A stretch of 64,000 bases of DNA from Candidatus Latescibacterota bacterium (GTDB lineage: Bacteria > Latescibacterota > UBA2968 > UBA8231): NCBI GenBank assembly GCA_965204725.1, contig OZ242005.1, forward strand, positions 1,760,001 through 1,824,000. Direction: 5' to 3'. Positions 38,516-48,600 of the stretch are shown in pieces. The notes under the pieces were generated by a model, which had not been told where the DNA came from, searched no databases, and saw nothing but the letters and a program-made list of their open reading frames with translations. The stretch's first letter is position 1; each line of letters begins with the position of its first letter. Position numbers and translations under genes: made by a program.

Positions 38516-38673
38516 GTATTCCTCCTAAAGGCGGTTTTGGTTTTTACTTAAAGAAAATCTGCCAAAAAAATCCGCTCTGTGCAATGCGGGCCGCCCTTGA
38601 TCCCACCTCGGCCCGCTGGTTATTCTACGACTTTGCTTCCAATCCACGGCCCACGAGCGAAAGGACGGCCATT

Positions 38674-39834
38674 ATGAGCAGCGACTTCGATCTCATCATC
38701 CAAGGGGGACACCTGATTGACCCTAAAAACGACCTCAACGGCCCAGCCGATATTGCCATCAAGGATGGGCGCGTCGCTGCGGTCGCCGACCGAATTGAGG
38801 GCCGTTCCGCACAGGTCATTGACGTATCCAACCTCTATGTCACCCCGGGCTTGGTCGATATTCACGTCCACGTCTATGGGGGGTATCAGGGCTGGCTCTT
38901 TCCCGACCCGCACGCCCTACCCTGTGGCGTGACCACCGTAGTAGATACCGGCGGGGCTGGATGGAAGGATTTTGCCGACTTCAAGCGCTCCATCATTGAC
39001 CCCGCCCAGACCCGCGTCTTGGCCTTTGTCAATATCGTCGGCGCGGGCATGACCGGCCCGCCCGAACAAGACGTCCGCGAAATGGACCCCACGCGCTGTG
39101 CCGCGGCGATTGAGCAATACCGCGATCACGTCATCGGCGCCAAGTCGGCCCACTTTGGCGGCCCGGGCTGGGAGTCGGCTGGCGGCGCGATCGCCGCGGC
39201 GCGTCAAAGCGATTCCATCGCCATGATCGACTTCGCCCCCCAGCCCACTCGTTCGTACGAGGAATTGCTCGAGCGCATGAGTCCGGGGGACATTCACACG
39301 CACCTGTACGCCGCCCACATTCCCCTGCTCAACGCCGACAAGCAGGTCGCAGACTACGTGCGCCAATCCCGACAGCGCGACATCGTCTTTGACACCGGCC
39401 ACGGCAACGGCTCCTTCTGGTTTCGCATCGCCGTGCCCGCCATGGCCCAAAACTTCCCCCCGGATACCATCAGCACAGACCTACACAAGGCCAGTCGCAT
39501 GCTGCCCAACGCCACCATGCCCATAACGATGTCCAAATTCCTGAACCTCGGCATGCCGCTCCAAGAGGTCGTCTATCGCTCGACGCACAAACCGGCCGAG
39601 GTAATCGGGCGTCCCCAGCTAGGCCACCTCACTATTGGGGCCGAGGCCGACCTAGCGGCTTTCGCCCTGCACGAAGGGGATTTCGCCTTTGTCGATTCGG
39701 GGCGGGCGCGCATGCGGGGCCGGCAGAAACTCGAATGCGAACTAACGCTGAGAGCGGGCCGAGTCGTCTGGGACCTAAACGGCCGCAGCCTAGTGGATTG
39801 GGACGAGGCCGGCGAATACCGCCACCTCGCTTGA
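38674..39834 (+). CDS. Amidohydrolase/deacetylase family metallohydrolase (dihydroorotase-like)
   Basis: PGLVDIHVH, GVTTVVDTG, DTISTDLH. Confidence 0.88.
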   Translation: MSSDFDLIIQGGHLIDPKNDLNGPADIAIKDGRVAAVADRIEGRSAQVIDVSNLYVTPGLVDIHVHVYGGYQGWLFPDPHALPCGVTTVVDTGGAGWKDFADFKRSIIDPAQTRVLAFVNIVGAGMTGPPEQDVREMDPTRCAAAIEQYRDHVIGAKSAHFGGPGWESAGGAIAAARQSDSIAMIDFAPQPTRSYEELLERMSPGDIHTHLYAAHIPLLNADKQVADYVRQSRQRDIVFDTGHGNGSFWFRIAVPAMAQNFPPDTISTDLHKASRMLPNATMPITMSKFLNLGMPLQEVVYRSTHKPAEVIGRPQLGHLTIGAEADLAAFALHEGDFAFVDSGRARMRGRQKLECELTLRAGRVVWDLNGRSLVDWDEAGEYRHLA

Positions 39835-39860
39835 GACCTGCATAGGCCCTTGCAAACAAC

Positions 39861-39889
39861 TTGACGCCGTGTTGTTCCTTATGTATAAT
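39861..39889 (+). promoter_or_regulatory. Near-consensus sigma70 promoter for the sigma factor gene
   Basis: TTGACG-17 bp-TATAAT. Confidence 0.8.
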
Positions 39890-39939
39890 CAGTTAGTTTC
39901 ACTTATACTTACGCTACATATCTCATAGGTACGTCAAAG

Positions 39940-40800
39940 ATGAGAGGCTCTATGCACAATCTGCACGACGAGGAAAACACTCTACGGCTCTATTTCGACG
40001 ATATTGCTGAGTCCACGCCCCTTTCGAGAGAGCGCGAAGTGGAACTAGCCGATCGCATCAAAAATGGCGATATGCATGCTCGCGAAGAAATGATCAGCGC
40101 CAACTTGCGGTTTGTCGTCGATGTGGCCAAGAAATACCAAAACCGCGGCTTGTCCCTTTCCGACCTGATTAGCGCCGGCAATCTCGGCCTCATCACGGCG
40201 GCCGACCGCTTCGACGGCACCAAGGGCTACAAGTTCATTTCTTACGCCGTTTGGTGGATTCGCCAGTCCATTCTCCAAACCCTCGCCGAGCACGTGCGCA
40301 CCGTGCGCCTTCCTCTCAACAAGGTCAGCTTACTCAAGGATATTTCCAAAGCCTCGCGCAAATTGGGCCAACATCGCGCCAGTGAGCCCGACATAGAGGA
40401 AATCGCCGCTGAGCTTGAGGTCCCAGCCGAAGAGGTTCTAGAGACCATCCTCAGTGCCCGCGCCGTGTGTTCGCTCGACGAGTCCTTTACCGACGACGAC
40501 GAGCGCAGCCTGCTCAACACCTTGGCCGACAACACGGCCGCAGCCCCAGACGCCGACATCTTGAGCGAATCGGCGCGGGAGCAGCTCGAAACAGCTTTGG
40601 AAACCCTCGAGGAACGCGAATTGCGCATTATCAGGCTCTATTTTGGCCTCGACGGCAACGAGGCCCTGACGCTCGAGGAAATCGGCAACATGATGAACCT
40701 CACGCGCGAGCGCATCCGCCAGCTCAAAGAGCGGGCACTTAGCAAGCTGCGCCATCCTTCGCGGCACCGAGAGCTTAAGACGCTGGCGAGCGGCATCTAA
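39940..40800 (+). CDS. RNA polymerase sigma factor, RpoD/SigA family, lacking region 1.1
   Basis: ANLRFVVDVAKKY, KFISYAVWWIRQSI, TRERIRQ. Confidence 0.93.
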   Translation: MRGSMHNLHDEENTLRLYFDDIAESTPLSREREVELADRIKNGDMHAREEMISANLRFVVDVAKKYQNRGLSLSDLISAGNLGLITAADRFDGTKGYKFISYAVWWIRQSILQTLAEHVRTVRLPLNKVSLLKDISKASRKLGQHRASEPDIEEIAAELEVPAEEVLETILSARAVCSLDESFTDDDERSLLNTLADNTAAAPDADILSESAREQLETALETLEERELRIIRLYFGLDGNEALTLEEIGNMMNLTRERIRQLKERALSKLRHPSRHRELKTLASGI

Positions 40801-40808
40801 AATTTGCC

Positions 40809-40894
40809 GGGGGGATACCGAAGTGGTCAAACGGGGCAGACTGTAAATCTGTTGGCTCATGCCTTCGCAGGTTCAAATCCTGCTCCCCCCACCA
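40809..40894 (+). tRNA. tRNA-Tyr(GUA)
   Basis: ggggggataccgaagtgg..ctgtaaa..long variable arm..ggttcaaatcc..acca. Confidence 0.96.
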
Positions 40895-40898
40895 CTGA

Positions 40899-40938
40899 AA
40901 AGGGGCGGTTCTCATTGAGAGAACCGCCCTTTTATTTT
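40899..40938 (+). terminator. Intrinsic terminator after tRNA-Tyr
   Basis: aagggg cggttctc..gagaaccgccctttt hairpin followed by T run. Confidence 0.8.
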
Positions 40939-40970
40939 ACGTCCTATAGCAATCCTACATCTTCCAAGAC

Positions 40971-40997
40971 TGGATTCCCGCGTGCGCGGGAATGACG
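40971..40997. repeat. REP/dRS3-like palindrome
   Basis: tggattcccgcgtgcgcgggaatgacg; same core occurs in the MITE at 37392-37445. Confidence 0.7.
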
Positions 40998-41024
40998 CCT
41001 CCTAGACAAAAAAGACCGGGCCGA

Positions 41025-42191
41025 TCAACATTCCATGCTTTCGAGGCATTTAGGACAGCTATATCGCCCCTCTTCTACGACTCGTTCCAGATCCAAGCAC
41101 AGAGCATCAGCCAGCAAAAACCCCGCCCGCGTCAAACGCAATCGCTGGCCTTCGAGCGCGACGTATCCCGCTTTCGCCAAATCGGCAAAGTGCCCGCTGC
41201 TCTGCACTCGGCTGACCTCTTCTTCGGTCAGTTCAATCCCCTCAATGGTGCGTAAACCCAGCCATAGACGTTCCCGGCGGGCCGTGTCTGGGGCTATGGT
41301 CTCTTCCCCGGCCCGCGGCGACCGACCGTGGTGCATCGCGTCGAGATAGGCACTGAGATCGCGGGTATTCCAAAATCGCTTCCCGCCGAGGAAGCTATGG
41401 CTCCCGAGCCCAACCCCTAAATAAGGAACGCCCGTCCAATAGCCCCAGTTGTGGCGCGAGCGGTACCCAAGACGAGCGTAGTTTGAAATCTCGTAGTGTT
41501 CATAGCCAGCCGCGACCAACCGGGCGTCGGTCCATTCCAAGGTGCGAGCCTGCTCGTCGTCCGCAACAGGTTTCAGCAGGCCCTGCCGTTGTCGTTGGGC
41601 GAAGATCGCGCCTTCTTCAATGGTGAGGCTATAGATAGAGAGGTGCTCTGGGGCCAAGGCGATAGCCCGCTCAACGCTAAAGTGCCAACTGGCCTCTGAG
41701 ACTCCCGGTACATTGGCCACCAAGTCCAAGCTCACATTGGCAAAATCGGACGCTCTAGCCGCTGTGTATGCCCTTTCGACATCGGCCGCACTATGCTGCC
41801 GGCCTAAGCACCGCAGATCCGCATCGCGAAAAGCCTGCGCGCCAATGCTGATGCGGTTGCACCCCAGATCCTTTAGCATGGCGAATTTCTCGCGGTCCAC
41901 GGTTCCGGGGTTGACTTCAACCGCAATTTCCGCGTCTGGGTGGATCCCCAAATGCCGCTGAACGGCCTCGATCATCTGCCCAATTAGCACCGCCTCAACT
42001 TGGCTGGGGGTGCCTCCGCCCAAGAACAGAGTATCTACCGGCCCCGACAAATGCGCCCAAGACTCAATTTCGCGGCAGATCGCCTCGGTATATGGGCCGT
42101 GGTGCTCCTCGTGGCCAACGACCGTAGCAAAGGCGCAGTAAGGGCAACGTTGGGGGCAAAACGGCACGTGGATATAGAGACCCAACGCCAT
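41025..42191 (-). CDS. hemW: Radical SAM heme chaperone HemW
   Basis: LYIHVPFCPQRCPYCAF, GGGTPS, YEISNY, HNWGYW. Confidence 0.92.
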   Translation of the reverse strand: MALGLYIHVPFCPQRCPYCAFATVVGHEEHHGPYTEAICREIESWAHLSGPVDTLFLGGGTPSQVEAVLIGQMIEAVQRHLGIHPDAEIAVEVNPGTVDREKFAMLKDLGCNRISIGAQAFRDADLRCLGRQHSAADVERAYTAARASDFANVSLDLVANVPGVSEASWHFSVERAIALAPEHLSIYSLTIEEGAIFAQRQRQGLLKPVADDEQARTLEWTDARLVAAGYEHYEISNYARLGYRSRHNWGYWTGVPYLGVGLGSHSFLGGKRFWNTRDLSAYLDAMHHGRSPRAGEETIAPDTARRERLWLGLRTIEGIELTEEEVSRVQSSGHFADLAKAGYVALEGQRLRLTRAGFLLADALCLDLERVVEEGRYSCPKCLESMEC

Positions 42192-42248
42192 TATTTATTT
42201 TTTGGGATTAGGAGCCGCAGGAGTGGCGAGTACGCCTCTTGCTCATAA

Positions 42249-44045
42249 TCAGGCTTCCATCTTGAGCGCGGCCAAAAACGCTTCTTGGGGAATTTCCACC
42301 TTCCCAAACTGCTTCATGCGTTTTTTGCCTTCCTTCTGCCTTTCGAGCAATTTGCGTTTGCGGGTCACATCGCCGCCGTAGCATTTGGCCGTCACATTTT
42401 TGCGGAATGGCTTGACCACCTCGCGGGCGATCACCTTACTCCCCACGGCCCCTTGGATGACGACCTCGAACATCTGCCGCGGGATCAGCTCCTTGAGCTT
42501 CGTGCATAGCTGCCGCCCCCACTGGTATGCCTTGTCGCGATGGATGATCACGGAGAGCGCGTCCAGCGGCTCGCCATTGATCATAATGTCGAGCCTAGAC
42601 AGGAGGCCAGCCCGCATCTCCAGATGCTCGTAATCGAATGACGCATAGCCCCGCGACACCGACTTGAGGCGATCATAGAAGTCGATCACTACTTCGGCCA
42701 AAGGCATCTCAAAGCTCAGGATAGCTCGGCTGCCATCGAGATACTCGGTGTTGCGGTAGCTGCCGCGCCGGTCCGTGCAAATTTTCATTACTGCGCCGAT
42801 ATAATCCCTCGGCACCAAGATCTGGACGGCAAGAATCGGCTCGCGCACCTCGTCGATCTCAGCGGCCGGCGGCAATAAGGAGGGGTTATCTACATCGATT
42901 AGGTGCCCGTCTTTGGTCAGAATCTCGTAGAGCACATTGGGGAGGGTCGTGATGATTTCGACTTGGTACTCGCGGTCGAGGCGCTCCTGTACGATCTCCA
43001 TGTGCAGCAGCCCGAGGAAGCCGCAGCGAAAACCAAACCCCAACGCCGGAGAGGTCTCCGGCTCATAGGAGAACGCGGCGTCGTTGAGCTTGAGCCGCTC
43101 TAAGGCGTCGCGCAACACCTCATATTCCTCTGGGATAACCGGATACAGTCCGCTAAAAACCATCGGTTTGAGCGGTTGATAGCCAGGCAACGGCTCTACT
43201 TCTTCCTCTGCATCAACGACCGTGTCGCCGACGTGGGCCTCGGCCAGATCTTTGATTCCAGCTATAAAATAGCCGACTTCACCAGTCTCAAGTGCTTGGG
43301 CCGGTACGCGGTTTAAGACTAAGTGGCCGACCTCTTCGACTTCGTAGAGCCGTCCGGTGGAGTAGAAGCGAATTTTCTGCCCCTTGTGGATGCGCCCATC
43401 AACGACTCGGATGAAGCAAATTACGCCTCGGTACTGGTCGTAGAGCGAGTCAAAAACCAGTACCCGCAACGGCCCCTGCTGACGCCCCGTCGGCGGGGGG
43501 ATGCGGTCGACAATAGCTTCCATCACCTCCTCGACCCCAATCCCCTCTTTGGCACTGACTTGCAAAATATCTTCGGCTTCCCCGCCCAACAGATCGAGCA
43601 CCTGCTGCTGCACCGCTACGACCTGAGCAGCGGGCATGTCGATTTTATTGAGCACCGGAATGACTACTAGGTCGCTGTTTAGTGCCAACAGCAAATTGCT
43701 TACGGTCTGGGCTTCCACACCCTGCGTGGCATCGACGATCAATATGGCCCCTTCGCAGGCGGCCAAACTACGCGATACCTCATAGGTAAAATCCACATGT
43801 CCTGGTGTATCGATCAAGTTGAATTGGCAGATTCTACCATCGGCGGCCTGATAGTGCATTCGCACAGCGTGGGCCTTGATGGTAATGCCCCGCTCGCGCT
43901 CTAAATCCATGTTGTCGAGCACCTGCTCCTGCATCTGCTTCGCTGTTAGGGTCGCAGTTTTTTCAAGCAGGCGGTCCGCTAGCGTTGACTTGCCGTGATC
44001 AATGTGGGCAATGATGGAGAAATTGCGAATCTGCGCGATACCCAT
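42249..44045 (-). CDS. lepA: Elongation factor 4
   Basis: [35 protein letters not shown]. Confidence 0.98.
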   Translation of the reverse strand: MGIAQIRNFSIIAHIDHGKSTLADRLLEKTATLTAKQMQEQVLDNMDLERERGITIKAHAVRMHYQAADGRICQFNLIDTPGHVDFTYEVSRSLAACEGAILIVDATQGVEAQTVSNLLLALNSDLVVIPVLNKIDMPAAQVVAVQQQVLDLLGGEAEDILQVSAKEGIGVEEVMEAIVDRIPPPTGRQQGPLRVLVFDSLYDQYRGVICFIRVVDGRIHKGQKIRFYSTGRLYEVEEVGHLVLNRVPAQALETGEVGYFIAGIKDLAEAHVGDTVVDAEEEVEPLPGYQPLKPMVFSGLYPVIPEEYEVLRDALERLKLNDAAFSYEPETSPALGFGFRCGFLGLLHMEIVQERLDREYQVEIITTLPNVLYEILTKDGHLIDVDNPSLLPPAAEIDEVREPILAVQILVPRDYIGAVMKICTDRRGSYRNTEYLDGSRAILSFEMPLAEVVIDFYDRLKSVSRGYASFDYEHLEMRAGLLSRLDIMINGEPLDALSVIIHRDKAYQWGRQLCTKLKELIPRQMFEVVIQGAVGSKVIAREVVKPFRKNVTAKCYGGDVTRKRKLLERQKEGKKRMKQFGKVEIPQEAFLAALKMEA

Positions 44046-44073
44046 ACAGTTTATAGTTGGTCGTAGGTTAGTA

Positions 44074-44917
44074 GAAGCTATCTCATAAATAGTCTGGCTG
44101 TGCTACGTTAGTGGTATTCCCTTTCGGAGGTATCTCTTATGGATCTTACAGACGAACAGTGGTCGATAGTGTCCCCACTGCTGCCGGCGTGTCCCAAACG
44201 CCGCGATGGCCGGGGTCGTCCGTGGCGTTGTAACCGAGCGGTGCTCAATGGTATTCTGTGGATTCTCCGCACCGGGGCGCCTGGGCATGACCTGCCTGCT
44301 CGCTATCCGTCCTACCAGACCTGCCATCGTCGATTCCAACAGTGGTCGTCTGATGGCACCTTTGAACATATTCTGCGCACCCTCGCGCACGACTTGCATG
44401 AGCGCGGGGGCCTTGATGTGAGCGAATGCTTCATCGATGGCCTGTTTGTCGCGGCGAAAAAAGGGGGGACCAAGTGGGTCCGACCAAGCGGGGCAAAGGT
44501 ACGAAGCTCATGGCAGTGGCAGACCGCGCTGGTCTTCCTATCGCCGTACTCATCCAAAGTGCTTCGCCGCACGAAGTCACCCTCGTAGAAGCCACCCTGG
44601 AAAACCGATGGGTCCAGCCCCGACCGCAACGACTCATCGGGGACCGAGCCTACGACTCGGATCGATTGGATGCGAGCCTGGCCGACCAAGGCATTGAGAT
44701 GATCGCGCCGCATCGCCGCAATCGTACGCAGGCCAAAACCCAGGACGGGCGGCGGTTGCGGGGCTACAAAAGACGCTGGAAAATAGAAAGACTGTTTGCT
44801 TGGTTGCATAACTTCCGCCGCATCGTGGTTCGATACGAATACTATGCTGAAAACTACCTCGGCTTTGTACAACTCGGATGCATCCTCATACTGCTACGGT
44901 ATTTATGAGATAGCTTC
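44074..44917 (+). mobile_element. IS5-family insertion sequence (IS427-like, two overlapping ORFs)
   Basis: Perfect 18-bp TIR GAAGCTATCTCATAAATA, TA on both flanks. Confidence 0.92.
44139..44908 (+). CDS. IS5-family transposase, probably made by -1 frameshift at AAAAAAGGGGGG (about 44457)
   Basis: [17 protein letters not shown] in ORF A; [29 protein letters not shown] in ORF B. Confidence 0.88.
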
Positions 44918-44920
44918 TAG

Positions 44921-45592
44921 TCAGGATATGCGCTGGCGATATAGGCTCTCGTCCACCACGCTAGCCATTTGCCACACATCTAAGGAGAGGGCGAGAAAGG
45001 TCTTAATCTCGTGGCTTATGGCCAGCGGGTCGCGCAAGACAGCGGCGTAGTTGACATAGAGCACCTCCATTTGCTGGTGCTCCGCCAACCACTGTTGCAC
45101 TGCCCGTAAGTGCCGACTAAAGGCGGCGGCTATCGCGGCGTCGGAATCCCGATCGCAGGGCTGTCCTCGCCGTTCTAACATTGCCCGCTGCGAAGCCAAA
45201 ATCTCGTCCATTTTTCGGAGAGCGAATACGATTTTGTACGGCTTGTGGAGCGGCAATTGGCCGAGCAATTGGGATATGACCTTGACAGCTTTACCCCTCG
45301 CCGATTCGAGCCATGCAGTGTCTTTTTCTAGCCGCTTGACCTTCTCGAATTCGTAATATCCCCTTGGATTGTCGGCGTCGGCCGCGCGAATGCCGTCTGT
45401 TAGGGGCGGCAATCCGCCCGCAGCCAGCATCTTCATCAGCATCGAGGTACCAGAACGGGGGAGACCAGACACAATAGTTATGTACTCGTCTGGCCTATGT
45501 GGAAGGAAAGCAGGATAGGAAGGCAAAGCAGAGAAAACCGACACACGCTTCCAAAGCCTAGCTTCGGAAGCGTGTGTCGTCTTGTGCTGCAT
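44921..45592 (-). CDS. Sulfotransferase family protein
   Basis: VSGLPRSGTSMLM PAPS-binding loop, NPRGYYE. Confidence 0.85.
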   Translation of the reverse strand: MQHKTTHASEARLWKRVSVFSALPSYPAFLPHRPDEYITIVSGLPRSGTSMLMKMLAAGGLPPLTDGIRAADADNPRGYYEFEKVKRLEKDTAWLESARGKAVKVISQLLGQLPLHKPYKIVFALRKMDEILASQRAMLERRGQPCDRDSDAAIAAAFSRHLRAVQQWLAEHQQMEVLYVNYAAVLRDPLAISHEIKTFLALSLDVWQMASVVDESLYRQRIS

Positions 45593-45603
45593 GTATGAAG
45601 TAA

Positions 45604-48600
45604 TTAAAAGACTAGACGCCCACGCAACAGGAGGCCATGCTCAGCAACACCGGCCATGCGCTGCCAACGCGTACTCTCAAGGCTCACCGACATCGACGAA
45701 TCCACCTCAAAGCGCGTACCGAGGCGCAATTGCATTCGCTCTGGTGCTTGGGTCATGCCGCTGTACACAGTGTACACCCCCTGACCGCCGGGCGCGGCAA
45801 GACCGTAGCCGACTTCGGCTCTGAGCTGGCCTTGCGTGTTCAGATGACCCCGCTCCGTCAGGTCGGCTACGCTGCGCTCCCACAGCGTCAGGCTATTCGC
45901 CTGCGTACCGTAGGTCGGCATCAGCCGCATCGACAGCCCTCGACCGTCGGTGCCGGATGCGCGCTGGATTAGCAGATGCGCCCCCCACTCTTTGTAGTCC
46001 CCTGGAGGAGCAACCAGACTCCGCGCCATAGCTTCGAGAGTGAAGCCGCTCCCCTCAAAACGCAGGCCACCGCCCACTTCTACGCCGGCCCCGGTCTCTC
46101 CGTCGCCGCCATCTTGGCGCAGAGCGACCTCTAGCTGGGGTGTCATCTGCCCATCCATGCCCATCTCGTAAGCATACGAGCCTTTAAGCGCCAGCCTCAA
46201 GCGGTTGGCATTTACTGTCTGCTCAGCAATCCGGCCTCCACCTTTGACGTCGACTTGTGCTGCTGTAGCCGCACCTTTGACCCGCAACCGAGTCGGCCCG
46301 CTGTCGAGCAAATCACCGCTAGCCCCTACACTTGCAGTCCTCAGCGACGTATCGCTCGACTGCTGGCCTATGGTCCCCTGTTGGTCGTCAATCTCGAGGT
46401 CGCCGCGCCCTAAGCCCGCCGTCAACCATACCCCCAACCGCCCGGGCGAGAACCCGACGTAAGGATGTAGGCTCAACATGCGGGTCGTATAAGTACCGTC
46501 GACTCGCTCTGCGCCGAGCAAGGGGGCGGTATAATCAAACGACCCTTGAGCCCATGACAGGGCCAAACCGGTTAGCATCTCGGCACCTGGCCGGGCGTCC
46601 AAACCAATCTGAGCGCGGGTTAGATTGCCGTCCCAATCCAACGAACCGTCGTCGCTAGACAATTTGCCGTAGTCTCCCCGGCCCCAAAATGCAGGACTAC
46701 CGGGACAGACGATGCATCCTCTACCGAAACCGAACGGCACCGCGAAGGACGAGCCATTCATAACCTGGGATAGATTGACCGGGCTGTTTTCAAAGATCCG
46801 GCCGGATTGGATCATGTCGTAGAGGGTGGACTCGGCGGCGAAGCGAAAAGAACCGCTCCCATCGCCGACTCTACCCACCTGCTCAAGGCGATTTTCGATG
46901 GCGCGATTGGTTCCATCGGCAATGGCCAACGCGTACTTGGACAGGATCTGTTCGTTGAGTTCCGCAAAACGGTCCGTAGCCGATTCTTCCACCCGGACCT
47001 CGAAACTGAGGATAGCTGCGTCCTCAGCAGTCATATTGTCGTCGGCGTCGTGGGCCGTATAGGTCAACGAGTACGTTCCGACCTCAGTCGGGGTGCCCGA
47101 AAGCGTCGGCGACCTGGGATTGGGGTCAAACGCGAGACCCGGCGGCACATTATCTAGGGTATAGGTCAACTCGCCGAACTCGCCGTTGCCGTCTGGATTT
47201 AGCGAGAGCAAGTTGCCGCCCGAAGCCAAGGGCAACACTAAGCCTTCAATCGCCTCGCCTTCTATGTACGTCTGGTTGGCCACGGTCCCGCTAAAGCTGG
47301 GTGCGCCATCTATCGTTAGGTGAAAGGTCAACTCGGCCGAATCGCCATCCACATCCGCCACCCGGTAAACCAAGCGGTACACCCCAGTGCTCGTCGGAGT
47401 GCCCGAAAGCGTCCGCGACGCAGCGTCGAAGTTCAGACCCGGCACATTCAGATCTAAACTATATGTCAACTCGCCGTTGCCGCCCAAACCCGCCGGTAAT
47501 TCCCACGGATCCATCGCCTCATTTTGACGTAAGGTTCGATCCTCAATGGTCGTGTCAAAGGCAGGTGTACCGTCGACTTTCAGGGAGAAGGGCACCTCCA
47601 CCGAATCGCCATCGCTATCTTCCGCCCGGTAGGTCAACTCATACGTATCGGCTGTGGTCGGCGTACCCGAAAGCGTCCGAGCCTCGGCATCAAATGTCAG
47701 ACCCGGCACCTCTGGCGACAGGCTATACGTCAACTCGCCGTTGCCGCCCAAAGCCGCCGGCAACTCCAACGGGGCCATCTCCTCCCCTTCAGCAATGGTC
47801 TGATTCGTAATAGTCCCCGCAAAGCTGGGCATACCGTTGACCGCAATGGTGAAGCTCAACTCAGCCGAATCGCCATCCACATCCACCACCTGATAGGTCA
47901 ACGCATAGCCCTCGGCAGAATACAACACATTAGGCGGCGGCGTACCCACAATCGTCCGCGACGAGGCATCAAACGCCAGACCCGGAGGCAAGTCCCCGTC
48001 CAAGGTATAGGTCAACGCCACATTCCCACCGGCCGCCGCCGGTAGTTCTAGGCTCACCTCATCGCCTGCGGTGTAACTCTGGTCGGCCACGACTTGGTCT
48101 CCGAAGCTGGGCATACCATTCACCGAAACCGTGAAGCTCAATTCCGCCGAATCGCCATCTACATCCACCACCCGATACGTCAACACACATCCCTCGACAT
48201 ACAACGCATCCGCTGGCAGCGTACCCGAAAGCGTCTGCGACGAGGCATCAAACGCCAGACCCGGAGGCAATTCTCCCTCCAAACTATACGTCAACGCCAC
48301 ATGCCCACCGGCCGCCGCCGGTAGAGCTAAGTTCACCTCATCGCCTGCGGTGTAGCTCTGGTCGGCCACGACCTGATCGCCGAAACTGGGCTTAGCATCT
48401 ACCACAATGGTGAAGCTCAACGCCGCCGAATCGCCATCCACATCCGCCACCCCATACGTCAACGCATAGCCCAAGTCATATAAAAGATCAGCCGACAGAT
48501 CACCCGAAAGCGTCCGAGATGAGGCATCAAACGTCAGACCCGGAGGCAAGTCCCCAGCCAAACTATACGTCAACGCCCCGTTACCACCCGAAGCCGAGGG

